Assembly (NCBI GenBank): GCA_017544805.1
Contig: JAFYDK010000122.1
Coordinates: forward strand, 1,764-65,763
Length of the DNA stretch: 64,000 nucleotides
Direction: 5' to 3'
Source of the DNA: Bacteroidales bacterium
Lineage (GTDB): Bacteria > Bacteroidota > Bacteroidia > Bacteroidales > UBA3824
Positions 36,454 to 46,940 of the stretch are shown here, one piece after another (positions within the stretch are counted from its first letter, which is position 1; each line of letters opens with the position of its first letter). The notes below the pieces were generated by a model, which searched no databases, was not told where the DNA came from, and saw only the letters and a list, made by a program, of their open reading frames with translations. A program made the position numbers and the translations under genes.

Positions 36454-37455
36454 GTGAAAATAATTTCGGACATTAAGTGTAAAAACGTGCTTGTCAGTCC
36501 TTTGGATTGGGGATTAGGACATTCCTCAAGAATGATTCCCGTGATTGAAGAACTGAAAAAAAATCAAAACAAGGTAACGGTGGTTTGCGGTTTTGGCAGT
36601 TATGATTTTTTACGGGCTGAACTTCTTGGTTCTGAGATTATTAAAATCAAAGAAAAACGCATAAAATATCCTCAAGGAAAAATTAATTTTTTTACTTTTC
36701 TTAATTGGATTTTCGTTATGATTTTTAATACTATTAACGAAAAACTGAAAATAAAAAAAATAATCCGAGAAAAAAATATTGAGGTTGTAATTTCTGATAA
36801 CCGTTATGGCCTGAATTTCAAAGGGTTGGAATGTTATATCGTAACACATCAAATATGTCCGAGATTGCCTGAAAGAATGAAAATTTTTCAGAGAATCTCG
36901 GATTTTGTTTTCAAAACGGTTTTGAAACGGTTCAAAAAAGTTTTGATTCCGGATTTAGAAACAGGATTTTCTTTGACGGGAAAACTCGGCGCGGATTCTT
37001 CAGACGGAAAGAAATTTGTTAAAATCGGAATTTTATCACGTTTTTCTTCTAAAAAAAAAACTGAAATAACTAAAAAATATGATTATTTGATTTTGATTTC
37101 GGGACAAGAAAAACAGCGCACCGTTTTTGAAAATTTCTTATTGAAAAAAATCTCGAATACTGCCAAAAAAATACTTTTCATTCGTGGCGTTTTTTCTTCT
37201 CAAGTTGCTGAATTAAAGGATTTTAATAACGTAAAATTTCTTAATAATTTAACGGGTGAAGATTTAAAGCAAGCCTTTTTGGAGGCCGAAACAGTGATTT
37301 GCAGAGCGGGTTATAGTACAATTTGCGATATTATGGCATTGAACAAAAAAGCGATTATTTTTCCTACACCGGGTCAGACGGAACAGGAATTTTTGGCACA
37401 AAGGCTTAACAAAAAATACGGTTTTGTTTTCGGTGATAATTCTTTGTCGTTCTGA
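36454..37455 (+). CDS. Glycosyltransferase (MurG/GT28-GT1-like fold)
   Basis: The GTG start preserves the conserved VSPLDWGLGHSSRMIPVIEEL N-terminus. The C-terminal ...ICRAGYSTICD...P..GQTEQ... matches a nucleotide-sugar binding motif. The gene starts 8 nt after the radical SAM gene. Confidence 0.7.
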   Translation: MKIISDIKCKNVLVSPLDWGLGHSSRMIPVIEELKKNQNKVTVVCGFGSYDFLRAELLGSEIIKIKEKRIKYPQGKINFFTFLNWIFVMIFNTINEKLKIKKIIREKNIEVVISDNRYGLNFKGLECYIVTHQICPRLPERMKIFQRISDFVFKTVLKRFKKVLIPDLETGFSLTGKLGADSSDGKKFVKIGILSRFSSKKKTEITKKYDYLILISGQEKQRTVFENFLLKKISNTAKKILFIRGVFSSQVAELKDFNNVKFLNNLTGEDLKQAFLEAETVICRAGYSTICDIMALNKKAIIFPTPGQTEQEFLAQRLNKKYGFVFGDNSLSF

Positions 37456-37506
37456 AAAAAATGTAATTCCCCACTTTTTAATAAAAAAAAATCCGAAAAA
37501 AATTAT

Positions 37507-37514
37507 TACTTTTG
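37507..37514 (+). promoter_or_regulatory. -7 promoter box (TAnnTTTG) for sufB-sufS
   Basis: tacttttg lies 37 nt upstream of the sufB ATG. Confidence 0.45.
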
Positions 37515-37550
37515 TGCCTTAAAAAAGCGAACAATCAATAACGAGACAAA

Positions 37551-39002
37551 ATGTCAGAAAATAGTGATAAAAATCTAATAGAGCAACTCGAAAATAGCGG
37601 TTACGAAGCAGGTTTTGTAACTGATATTGAGATGGAAACGTTTGAAAAAGGGCTTAACGAAAATATTATCAGAAAACTTTCAGCCCTTAGAAACGAACCT
37701 AAAGAGATGCTTGAATTCCGTTTGAAGGCATACGAAAAATGGAAAACGATGAAAATGCCTCATTGGGCGCATCTTGATTTTGAAGAGCCTGATTATCAGG
37801 ATTTAATATATTATGCAGCACCGAAGAAAAAAGCAAAACTCAACAGTTTGGACGAGGTGGATCCCGAACTTTTGAAAACTTACGAAAAACTTGGTATTCC
37901 GCTTTCAGAGCAGAAGGAACTTGCAGGCGTGGCTGTTGATGCCGTTTTCGATTCGGAATCGGTGCATACCACGATGAAAAATCAATTAGCGGAAAAAGGC
38001 ATAATTTTTTGTCCGATAAGCGAGGCGATAAGGGATTATCCCGACCTTATAAAAAAATATCTCGGTAGTGTTGTCCCTCTCGGTGATAATTTTTATGCGG
38101 CTTTGAACTCTGCTGTTTTTACTGACGGCTCGTTTGTTTATATTCCCAAAGGTGTGCGTTGCCCTGTGGAACTTTCAACATATTTCCGTATCAACGCCGC
38201 AAAAACGGGTCAGTTTGAACGCACTTTAATCGTTGCCGATGAAGGTAGTTACGTTTCGTATCTTGAGGGTTGTACCGCTCCGATGAGGGACGAGAGTCAG
38301 CTTCATGCCGCTGTTGTGGAATTGGTTGCGCTTGATAATGCCGAAATAAAATATTCAACGGTTCAGAATTGGTATCCGGGCGATAAAGATGGCAAAGGCG
38401 GAATTTATAATTTCGTTACAAAACGCGGAATGTGCAAAGGTGATAATTCCAAAATTTCATGGACTCAGGTCGAAACAGGTTCGGCTATCACGTGGAAATA
38501 TCCTTCAACAATTCTTAAAGGAAATTATTCAACTTCAGAGTTTTACTCTGTGGCTGTGACAAATAATTATCAACAGGCTGATACCGGAACCAAAATGATT
38601 CATATCGGCAAAAACACCAAATCAACGATTATCAGCAAAGGTATTTCGTTGGGTAAAAGTCAAAATTCGTACCGCGGACTTGTGAAAGTTGCAAAGGGAG
38701 CGCAAAACGCCCGCAATTATTCGCAATGCGACAGCCTTTTAATCGGGGACAAATGCGGTGCGCATACGTTTCCTTTCATTGAGTGTTCCAACAAAACGGC
38801 AACGCTCGAACACGAGGCAACGACTTCTAAAATTTCTGACGAACAACTTTTTTATTGCCGTCAAAGAGGAATTTCAACGGAAAATGCAGTAAGTCTTATT
38901 GTTAATGGTTTTGCAAAGGACGTTTTGAACAAACTTCCGATGGAATTTGCCGTTGAGGCGAGAAAATTACTTTCAATAACTTTGGAGGGTTCGGTAGGAT
39001 AA
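37551..39002 (+). CDS. sufB: Fe-S cluster assembly protein SufB
   Basis: 483 aa. ...[34 protein letters not shown]... and ...[22 protein letters not shown]... are diagnostic SufB blocks. Confidence 0.95.
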   Translation: MSENSDKNLIEQLENSGYEAGFVTDIEMETFEKGLNENIIRKLSALRNEPKEMLEFRLKAYEKWKTMKMPHWAHLDFEEPDYQDLIYYAAPKKKAKLNSLDEVDPELLKTYEKLGIPLSEQKELAGVAVDAVFDSESVHTTMKNQLAEKGIIFCPISEAIRDYPDLIKKYLGSVVPLGDNFYAALNSAVFTDGSFVYIPKGVRCPVELSTYFRINAAKTGQFERTLIVADEGSYVSYLEGCTAPMRDESQLHAAVVELVALDNAEIKYSTVQNWYPGDKDGKGGIYNFVTKRGMCKGDNSKISWTQVETGSAITWKYPSTILKGNYSTSEFYSVAVTNNYQQADTGTKMIHIGKNTKSTIISKGISLGKSQNSYRGLVKVAKGAQNARNYSQCDSLLIGDKCGAHTFPFIECSNKTATLEHEATTSKISDEQLFYCRQRGISTENAVSLIVNGFAKDVLNKLPMEFAVEARKLLSITLEGSVG

Positions 39003-39037
39003 CAAAAAATATACTAATTTTTAAATGACAAGAAAAA

Positions 39038-40255
39038 GTGGACATACAGCAAATTAGAAACGATTTTCCGATTCTCGGACAAAAAATATACGGGCATCCG
39101 TTGGTTTATTTGGACAATGCCGCTACTACGCAAAAACCTCAGTGTGTGTTGGATTCTATTATGAAATTTTACACATTATATAATAGTAATATTCACCGGG
39201 GAGTGCATTATTTAAGCGAAAAAGCCACCGAAATTTACGAAAACGCGCGTCTTAAAGTCAAGGAGTTTATTAATGCAAAATCCCGTACCGAAATTGTTTT
39301 TACAAAGGGAAGTACTGAGGCTATCAACACTTTGGCTTCATCGTTTTCGCAGCGTTTTATTAATCCCGGTGACGAATTGATTATTAGCGAGATGGAACAT
39401 CATTCGGATATTGTTCCTTGGCAGTTGAACGCTCAAAACAAGGGAGCTGTTATTAAGGTTTTGCCTTTTGATGATAGGGGAGAACTTTTGATTGATAAAT
39501 TGGAAAATCTTATCACAAACAAAACCAAAATCATTTGTGTAACCTACGCTTCCAATACTTTAGGAACGGTAAATGACGTTGAAAAAATCATTAAAATTGC
39601 TCATTCGCATAATATTCCCGTTTTGGTGGACGCTGCACAAGCTATTCAGCATTTAAAGATTGACGTTCAAAAACTTGACTGTGATTTTCTTGCGCTTTCG
39701 GGACATAAAATTTATGCTGAAACCGGTATTGGTATTCTTTACGGAAAAGAAAAATATTTAGAGGAACTTCCTCCGTATCAAGGCGGTGGTGATATGATAA
39801 AAAATGTCAGTTTTGCCAAAACGACATACGCCGAATTGCCTTTGAAATTTGAAGCGGGAACCTCCAATTTCGTTGGGGCAGGTTCACTTCATACGGCTTT
39901 GGATTATGTTGATAAACTTGGTTTGGAAAATATTGCCGCTCACGAGGCGGAACTTTTGAAATATGCGACTCAAAAAGTGGAAGCTTTGGGCGGTATTACA
40001 ATTTACGGTAAGGCTGACAACAAAGTTTCAGTACTTTCATTTAACATTGACGGAGCGCATCATTACGATACGGGTATGATTTTAGACAAACTCGGAATTG
40101 CAGTCCGCACGGGTACGCATTGCACCGAACCTATAATGCAGCATTTTGGCATCACGGGTACAGTTCGTGCAAGTTTTGCTCTTTACAACACTTTCGAGGA
40201 GGTTGACGCTTTGGTAGATGGTATTAAAAGAGCTCAAAAAATGTTAGTAGGATAA
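39038..40255 (+). CDS. sufS: Cysteine desulfurase SufS (group II)
   Basis: GTG start. IRNDFPIL...YLDNAATTQKP, SGHKIY (PLP lysine) and ...RTGTHCTEP (active-site Cys) motifs. Confidence 0.95.
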   Translation: MDIQQIRNDFPILGQKIYGHPLVYLDNAATTQKPQCVLDSIMKFYTLYNSNIHRGVHYLSEKATEIYENARLKVKEFINAKSRTEIVFTKGSTEAINTLASSFSQRFINPGDELIISEMEHHSDIVPWQLNAQNKGAVIKVLPFDDRGELLIDKLENLITNKTKIICVTYASNTLGTVNDVEKIIKIAHSHNIPVLVDAAQAIQHLKIDVQKLDCDFLALSGHKIYAETGIGILYGKEKYLEELPPYQGGGDMIKNVSFAKTTYAELPLKFEAGTSNFVGAGSLHTALDYVDKLGLENIAAHEAELLKYATQKVEALGGITIYGKADNKVSVLSFNIDGAHHYDTGMILDKLGIAVRTGTHCTEPIMQHFGITGTVRASFALYNTFEEVDALVDGIKRAQKMLVG

Positions 40256-40284
40256 AAAATTATAGTTGCTCGATAATCTCGGTT

Positions 40285-40320
40285 TCAACAGAGGAGCGCA
40301 TTAAGTACCTTTTCTGTTGA
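40285..40320 (+). terminator. Hairpin downstream of sufS (candidate terminator)
   Basis: Stem tcaacaga (40285-40292) / tctgttga (40313-40320) followed by a T-rich tract. Confidence 0.45.
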
Positions 40321-40541
40321 GCCGATTTCTTTTTCTGACATTGAAAAATCTAATTTTTTAAATTTTCCCGTTTTTGTTTGAATTTTTTTTTAAGGCTTGG
40401 GCGTTGGAGAAAATGACAAAAAAAATTAGTTCAACGCTTTTTATAAAAATTAACCATAAGAAAAAACAATAAATTTTACTATTGAAAAAAATATGTTTAA
40501 TTTTGCACATTAAAAATCAGCAATTAAGATAACACAATACA

Positions 40542-40970
40542 ATGTTGACTATCAACGAAATACAAGATGAAATCATAGAGGAATTTTCTGTCTATGACGA
40601 GTGGCTTGATAAGTATGAATATCTAATCGAACTTGGAAATTCACTCGAGATAATTGACGAAAGCCAAAAAACACCCGATAATATTATTCAAGGCTGTCAG
40701 TCAAGGGTTTGGCTTGATGCTAAAATGGATTCTGACGGAACTTTGAATTTTAAAGCCGATAGCGACGCAATAATCACTAAAGGTATTATCGCATTGTTAA
40801 TCAGGGTTTTCAATCATCAAAAGCCGCAAGATATTATTGATGCACAATTATATTTTATTGACGAGATAGGTTTGTCAGCAAATCTTTCGCCCACACGTGC
40901 TAACGGTCTTTTGGCTATGATAAAACAAATAAGGTATTACGCATTGGCATTCAACGCATTAAACAAATAA
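40542..40970 (+). CDS. sufE: SufE-like sulfur acceptor protein
   Basis: 142 aa. The ...IQGCQSRVWL... motif contains the conserved acceptor Cys. A -7 box taattttg lies at 40498-40505. Confidence 0.85.
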   Translation: MLTINEIQDEIIEEFSVYDEWLDKYEYLIELGNSLEIIDESQKTPDNIIQGCQSRVWLDAKMDSDGTLNFKADSDAIITKGIIALLIRVFNHQKPQDIIDAQLYFIDEIGLSANLSPTRANGLLAMIKQIRYYALAFNALNK

Positions 40971-40972
40971 AA

Positions 40973-41305
40973 ATGGCAGAGGAAACAAAAAAAGTTCCTT
41001 TTTTGGAACTTGAAACAAAAATAATTGAAGTTTTAAGAACGGTTTATGACCCCGAAATTCCGGTAAATGTTTACGACCTCGGTCTTATTTACAAAATAGA
41101 TGTCGATGACGACAAAAATGTAAATATTGATATGACATTAACCGCTCCTAATTGTCCGATTGCAGACGATATTTTCTTAGACGTTAAAACTAAAATTGAA
41201 GGTATACGTGAAATTAAAAGCGCAACTATAAACCTCGTTTTTGAACCGGCTTGGACAATGGACATGATGAGCGAAGAGGCAAGAAATATGTTGGATTTGG
41301 ATTAA
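40973..41305 (+). CDS. DUF59 / SufT-like Fe-S assembly protein
   Basis: ...VYDPEIPVNVYDLGLIY...LTAPNCPIAD... is typical of the MIP18/DUF59 family. Confidence 0.85.
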   Translation: MAEETKKVPFLELETKIIEVLRTVYDPEIPVNVYDLGLIYKIDVDDDKNVNIDMTLTAPNCPIADDIFLDVKTKIEGIREIKSATINLVFEPAWTMDMMSEEARNMLDLD

Positions 41306-41320
41306 AAAAAACAACGTATT

Positions 41321-42328
41321 ATGAAATGCAAAATTTTAACGGTATTGGTTTTGTCCGTTTTGGTTTCGTGTAGTACTAAAACGGATTTTCATATTGACGT
41401 TTCTAATATAAACGCTGAAATTAAAGTCAGTCGTTTCGATATGGATTTCAATGTTATAAACCCTGAAAACATATACGATTCGTTGCCAATGCTTAAAAAA
41501 AAATACGGCGATTTTTTTGACCTTTACGTTGAGAGTATTGCCGGTTTAACAAGTACTGAAAGTTCTTCTTTTTTAACTAATTACAGCGATTTTTACAGTT
41601 ATTGCAAATTGAATTCGGTGTTTTCTGACATCGAAAAAACTTTTCCGAGAGATTTTGATTTCAAGGCTCTTTTTTCTTCAGGAGCAAAGCATTATAAATA
41701 TTATTTTCCAAATGATAGTTTGCCTAAAGTTTATACTATAATTTCGGGTTTTCAGGAATCGGTTTTTCCTACCGAGGATATAATTGCATTCAGTTTGGAA
41801 AAATATTTCGGCGTTGATTATCCCTCTTATCCGCAATTGGGAATCGAAAACTACAAACGCCGCAGAATGACAAAAGAAATGCTTCCGGTGGATTATTTCC
41901 GCACGTTAGCCACTATAAAATATCCTAAAGCCGAAACTATTGAGGCAAATCTTCTTAACGAGATGATTTATAAGGGCAGACTTCAATTCTTTTTGAAATC
42001 AATGCTGCCTGAGACCGCAGATTCTTTACTTTGGGGATATTCCGATTATCAGTACCGTTGGGCTGAAACTTACGAAAGCAATGTTTGGACTTATCTTATT
42101 GATAGGAAACTACTTTTTGATACTAATCCGTTGGCTATCAGAAATTTAACGGGAGAAGGACCTTTTACCAACGCTTTCGGTAATCAGTCCGCTCCGGGAG
42201 TTGCTTCGTTTTGCGGATTTGGTATTGTTTGCAGTTTTATGCGCAAAAATCCTGAAGTTAGCCTTAAAAGTTTAATGGAAATTACTGATTTGAATCAGAT
42301 TTATATCCGTTCAAGATACAATCCTTAA
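41321..42328 (+). CDS. Lipoprotein, GldB-like / DUF2268-like (tentative)
   Basis: Lipobox LVSCS. The ...VSRFDMDF... start and the size (335 aa) resemble gliding-motility lipoprotein GldB relatives. Recognition is weak. Confidence 0.45.
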   Translation: MKCKILTVLVLSVLVSCSTKTDFHIDVSNINAEIKVSRFDMDFNVINPENIYDSLPMLKKKYGDFFDLYVESIAGLTSTESSSFLTNYSDFYSYCKLNSVFSDIEKTFPRDFDFKALFSSGAKHYKYYFPNDSLPKVYTIISGFQESVFPTEDIIAFSLEKYFGVDYPSYPQLGIENYKRRRMTKEMLPVDYFRTLATIKYPKAETIEANLLNEMIYKGRLQFFLKSMLPETADSLLWGYSDYQYRWAETYESNVWTYLIDRKLLFDTNPLAIRNLTGEGPFTNAFGNQSAPGVASFCGFGIVCSFMRKNPEVSLKSLMEITDLNQIYIRSRYNP

Positions 42329-43755
42329 AGCAGTTCGTCTCTTGAGGCGTCCATTCTTATAAAGATAAACAGCAGAATTGTAAACGACCAAAGCGAACTT
42401 CCTCCGTAAGAAAAAAACGGCAGAGGTATTCCTATGACAGGCACTAATCCTATTGTCATTCCGAGATTTATGGCTATGTGGAAAAACAAAATACTTGCCA
42501 CGCAATAGCCGTAAATCCTCGCAAAGGCAGAGCGTTGAAGTTCTGCTAAATGTATGATTCTCAGTATTAAAGCTAAAAACAAGAGGATTACTATCGTTGA
42601 GCCTAAAAAGCCCCATTCTTCGCCTACCGTGCAGAAAATAAAGTCCGTTGCTTGTTCGGGCACGAAATTAAATTTTGTTTGAGTTCCTTGCAGATAACCT
42701 TTTCCTGTAAAACCGCCTGAGCCGATTGCAATTTTACTTTGTTCAACATTATAACCTGTACCTTTGGGGTCGTTTTCAAGTCCTAAAAATACGTTTATAA
42801 GGGTTTGCTGATGTGCGGTCATAATATTGTTGAAGACAAAATCCACTGAAAAAACCACCACAAACGAGGCTATTAAACCCGCTGCAATAAAAGTTGCAAC
42901 CCATTCTTTTCTTATGTAACTATAAATTGCACTCGGAATCAGCAAAATAAAGCATGACAAAACTATTAAATAATGCAATTGAAATTTGTCAGATAGGGCA
43001 AAATGGTTTATAGTCCAAAATATAGCCGTTAAAACAGCTATTGCGCCCCATGCTATAAAAGCGTTTAATAGGTTTTTGCCTAAAACCAGATACCAAATTC
43101 CCGCCACGATAACAAGTGCTACAATTACCACAATTAGCTGATATTGAAGCGTTGTAACGAAAATTCCTATTCCTAAAACCACTAACCATAAGAAAATTCC
43201 GGAAAGGCCTTCTCTGTAAAAAACGAAAATCATGCTGAAATATACCAAAACCGAACCCATATCGGGTTGAAGCAGTATCAGAGCGGCAGGCAAAAGAATT
43301 ATGCTGACAGAGATTGCTATGTTTCTGAATTTGGTTAAATCGAATTCAAAGGCGGACATAAATTTTGACAGAGCAAGGGCAGTTGCAAATTTTGCAAATT
43401 CGGAAGGTTGTATTTTAAACATTCCGAGTTCAAACCAAGATTTAGCACCGTGGCTTTCTTTTCCCACTATGAGGACTAAGGCAAGCAAGACGATAATTCC
43501 TCCGTAAATAAAGTAAGACAGGACGGAATAAATTCTGTAATTAGATGCCATTATCAGAATTATGATAATGTACGACACGCCTATCCAAACGAGTTGTTTT
43601 CCGTAACGGGCGCCGAAATCGAAAATGCTGTTGTATTTTTCGTCATAAACAGCGGCATAAATGTTACCCCAACCCATAAAAACTAATATTGTGTATAGTA
43701 TCAATACTATCCAGTCTAACGATAGAAATATGTTTGAACCTCTTTGCTTGCTCAT
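42325..43755 (-). CDS. rodA: Rod shape-determining protein RodA (SEDS family)
   Basis: Ten-TM SEDS protein with ...LQPSEFAK..., ...EQATDFIFCTVGEEWGF... and ...PLPFFSYGGSS... motifs. It lies immediately downstream of mrdA. Confidence 0.9.
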   Translation of the reverse strand: MSKQRGSNIFLSLDWIVLILYTILVFMGWGNIYAAVYDEKYNSIFDFGARYGKQLVWIGVSYIIIILIMASNYRIYSVLSYFIYGGIIVLLALVLIVGKESHGAKSWFELGMFKIQPSEFAKFATALALSKFMSAFEFDLTKFRNIAISVSIILLPAALILLQPDMGSVLVYFSMIFVFYREGLSGIFLWLVVLGIGIFVTTLQYQLIVVIVALVIVAGIWYLVLGKNLLNAFIAWGAIAVLTAIFWTINHFALSDKFQLHYLIVLSCFILLIPSAIYSYIRKEWVATFIAAGLIASFVVVFSVDFVFNNIMTAHQQTLINVFLGLENDPKGTGYNVEQSKIAIGSGGFTGKGYLQGTQTKFNFVPEQATDFIFCTVGEEWGFLGSTIVILLFLALILRIIHLAELQRSAFARIYGYCVASILFFHIAINLGMTIGLVPVIGIPLPFFSYGGSSLWSFTILLFIFIRMDASRDELL

Positions 43756-43787
43756 TTTTTAGTTTTGCCTTGTAAATTTTATTTATT

Positions 43788-45626
43788 TTAATTTTTCATC
43801 TGTGCGTTTGCATCCATTAAATTGGCGTTAAACATTCTTTGTTCAACGTCTTTTCTTGTGATGGTATCGTTAAGGTATTTTTCCATCATAAGACCGGCAA
43901 TCGGTGCTGCGTATTGAGCTCCGAAACCGCCGTTTTCTACATAAACGGCAATTGCAATTTTAGGATTTTCCATGGGAGCAAATGCCTCAAAAATTGAGTG
44001 GTCTTTACCGTGCGGGTTTTGAGCCGTACCTGTTTTACCGCAGACTTTTACGCCCGGAACCTTAGCCGCACGTCCCGTACCCATTTCGCAAACCTGATAC
44101 ATACCTTGAATTACGGCGTCAAAATATTCTTTTTTGATGCCCGTTTCTTGTTTTTGATAAAATCTTTCATCAATCGAACTGCTTTTGCCGTCGTCGATTT
44201 GTTTTACGATATGCGGAATGTGATAATAACCTCTGTTAGCAATCGTTGCGCAGGCGTTACAAATCTGAAACGGCGTAAAACCCAACTCGCCTTGTCCGAT
44301 TGACAACGAAATTATAGTAAATGCGCTCCAATGTCCTTCTCCGTAATAACGGTTGAAATAATCTTTTGAATAAATAATTCCGTTAACCTCTTGTGAAAGG
44401 TCGGAGTTAAGTTTTTTTCCGAGTCCGAAGGATTGAACTCTTCTGCGCCAGTTTGAATACGCGCTGTCTACTCTGTGATATTTTGCATCACCGATGATTT
44501 TTGTAAATTCGTAACAAAAATATGCGTTGCACGAATGTTGAATAGCTGTTACCAAATCGAGCGAACCTCCGTGGTGACATTTTACGACGTGTTTTCCAAT
44601 GCTGAAACCACCGTTACAAGGGAAAGATGTATTAATGTTGATAACGCCTTCCTGTAAGCCAATCAGCGCATTGATAGTCTTGAAAGTAGAACCCGGAGGA
44701 TAGCAGGCCATTAATGCACGGTTGTACATCGGCTTGAATTTATCACGGATAAGTTTCGGATAATTTATCGCCATGTCGCTGCCCACCAATAGGTTAGGGT
44801 CGTAACCCGGAGTAGAAACCAATGCTAAAATTTCTCCCGTCGAAGGCTCTATCGCAACAATAGCTCCGACTTTGTTTTGCATTAATTTTTCGCCGTACAT
44901 CTGAAGGTCAATATCAAGGGTGGATGTAATATTTTTTCCCACAGTGGCAAGAGTATCGTAAATACCGTCTTTGTATTTGCCTTGAACACGGTTTTTAACG
45001 TCTACGACATAAATTTTCATGCCTTTGTGTCCCCTTAAATATTCCTCGTAGGATTTTTCAATACCGGCAACGCCGACATAATCTCCGGGTTTGTAATAAG
45101 GATTACGGTTGATAAGAGCCGTATCCGCTTCACGGACATAACCCAAGATATGAGCCGCTGCGGGATAAACATAACGCCTTGCAGTACGTTTTTGAACTTC
45201 AAAACCGGGAAATTTATACATTTTTTCCTGCAAATGCGAATATCTGAGTTTGGTTATCTGTTTGAAAATAACACTCTCTTTGTACGGAGCATATTTAACG
45301 GCTTTTTGAAATTCTTTTCTGAAATTTTCTATTGTAGTACCGAGTATTTCACAAAGGTCGAGAGTATCGAATGCTTCAACTTTTTTAGGAGTAACGAGCA
45401 AATCGTATGAGCTCTCGTTATAAATCAAAAGTTTACTGTTTCGGTCAAAAACCAAACCGCGTGCTGGATAATCAACGACTTTTCTGAACACATTACTTTC
45501 AGCCGAAAGTTTGTATCCTGAGTCCATCACTTGAATCGTAAAAAGTTTTACGATGTATATCACGACAATAACGGTGAAAATTATGCCGATTACAAATTTT
45601 CTGTTAGAATATCTTGTAACATTCAT
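43788..45626 (-). CDS. mrdA: Penicillin-binding protein 2 (elongasome transpeptidase)
   Basis: N-terminal TM anchor, then STFK (PPGSTFKT), the SxN region and KTGTAQ motifs. Confidence 0.9.
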   Translation of the reverse strand: MNVTRYSNRKFVIGIIFTVIVVIYIVKLFTIQVMDSGYKLSAESNVFRKVVDYPARGLVFDRNSKLLIYNESSYDLLVTPKKVEAFDTLDLCEILGTTIENFRKEFQKAVKYAPYKESVIFKQITKLRYSHLQEKMYKFPGFEVQKRTARRYVYPAAAHILGYVREADTALINRNPYYKPGDYVGVAGIEKSYEEYLRGHKGMKIYVVDVKNRVQGKYKDGIYDTLATVGKNITSTLDIDLQMYGEKLMQNKVGAIVAIEPSTGEILALVSTPGYDPNLLVGSDMAINYPKLIRDKFKPMYNRALMACYPPGSTFKTINALIGLQEGVININTSFPCNGGFSIGKHVVKCHHGGSLDLVTAIQHSCNAYFCYEFTKIIGDAKYHRVDSAYSNWRRRVQSFGLGKKLNSDLSQEVNGIIYSKDYFNRYYGEGHWSAFTIISLSIGQGELGFTPFQICNACATIANRGYYHIPHIVKQIDDGKSSSIDERFYQKQETGIKKEYFDAVIQGMYQVCEMGTGRAAKVPGVKVCGKTGTAQNPHGKDHSIFEAFAPMENPKIAIAVYVENGGFGAQYAAPIAGLMMEKYLNDTITRKDVEQRMFNANLMDANAQMKN

Positions 45627-45695
45627 TTTACATCCTAAAAAAAGTAACAGACAAAATTATATATTTTTTTTGAAACTTTTTCTGCGTTTTTTTTG

Positions 45696-46940
45696 TTATA
45701 TTTCTACGCTTTTTTCAAAATCTTCCCAAAATCTCGGATAAGATTTTTTTACGGACTGAGCATCGGTTATGACGATTTGTTTGTCAGCATTTAGAGTGGC
45801 AACGGCTAACGAAAATGCCATTCTGTGGTCATTTCTTGACGAAACTGTTACTCCGCCCGAAATTTTTCCACCTTTTATCTTCATAAAATCGCCCTCCAAA
45901 TCTACTTGAATACCTATTTTAAAAAATTCTTCTTTAATTGCCAAAGCTCTGTCCGACTCTTTATGCGCCAATCTCGAAACGCCTTTTATAATGCTTTCTC
46001 CGCTGCAATTTGCTGCAAGTGAAGCTAATACGGGAAACAAATCAGGACAATCAGTCGCATCAAAATTATAAGCCCTTAAATCCTTTTTGCTTACTTTTAT
46101 TTCGTCATTGCTGATAACAATTTCTGCGCCGACCTGTTCTAAAACTTTCATAACAGCTCTGTCGGCTTGTAACGAATTAGGATTAAGACCTTTAACAACG
46201 GCTTTTCCTGCTATTGCACCTGCAATTAAATGTGCTGCGGCACTCGACCAATCGCCTTCCACTTGATACTCAGTGGCTGTGTATTTTTGTTTGCCTTTGA
46301 TTCTAAACTCCTTAAAATCAATATTTTGAATTTGTCCGCCGAATTTTTCAATTATATCCAATGTCATTTGAACGTATGGCACGCTTTTCAAATTTTCAAC
46401 TTTCAGAACAGAATCTTTTTCGGCTTTTGGCAGTGCTGTTAAAAGTCCCGTTAAAAATTGAGAGGATTGACTGCCGTCTATTTCAGCAAAACCGCCTTTT
46501 AGTCCCGAATGAATCGTTATCGGCACAAAACCGTTTGAAAGCGAGATTTTTGCGCCTAAATCTGCCATAGGTTTTTCCATCATTGACATCGGACGTTTTA
46601 GAAGCGAACCTTCGCCTTGAATCGTTAAACCGCCATCCAAAAGCGCACAAACCGGCGTAAAAAGTCTTAATCCCAAACCTGCCTCGCCGACAGAAATTTG
46701 TTTTGCTTTAAGTGGATTTTTTGGCGTGATTTTCACCAAAGAGTCTTCCCTTACAACTTTGCAGCCCAAGGTTTCGGCAATTTTCAAGGCCGAGGAAGAA
46801 TCGTTGCTGAAATCAGGATTTTTCAAAACGGTTTCTCCTTGTGAAAGAATTGCAAGAGCCACTGCTCTTTGCATATAGCTTTTTGACGAAGGAATCATCA
46901 AAGAAGCATTATATTTTGAAGGTTTTACTAATTTGTCCAT
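45696..46940 (-). CDS. aroA: 3-phosphoshikimate 1-carboxyvinyltransferase (EPSP synthase)
   Basis: ...LMIPSSKSYMQRAVALAIL..., ...DHRMAFSLAVA... and a 414-aa length. An alternative ATG at 46898 would remove the 32-nt overlap with the upstream gene. Confidence 0.95.
   Translation of the reverse strand: MDKLVKPSKYNASLMIPSSKSYMQRAVALAILSQGETVLKNPDFSNDSSSALKIAETLGCKVVREDSLVKITPKNPLKAKQISVGEAGLGLRLFTPVCALLDGGLTIQGEGSLLKRPMSMMEKPMADLGAKISLSNGFVPITIHSGLKGGFAEIDGSQSSQFLTGLLTALPKAEKDSVLKVENLKSVPYVQMTLDIIEKFGGQIQNIDFKEFRIKGKQKYTATEYQVEGDWSSAAAHLIAGAIAGKAVVKGLNPNSLQADRAVMKVLEQVGAEIVISNDEIKVSKKDLRAYNFDATDCPDLFPVLASLAANCSGESIIKGVSRLAHKESDRALAIKEEFFKIGIQVDLEGDFMKIKGGKISGGVTVSSRNDHRMAFSLAVATLNADKQIVITDAQSVKKSYPRFWEDFEKSVEI

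Noticed and set aside
40413-40472. 19-codon micro-ORF (MTKKISSTLFIKINHKKKQ) in the sufS-sufE spacer
   Set aside because: It overlaps a hairpin. Its composition is simply that of AT-rich spacer DNA, and there is no supporting signal.
42311-42616. 101-aa minus-strand ORF overlapping the 3' end of rodA
   Set aside because: It is an alternative frame within the well-supported rodA gene and has no independent evidence.
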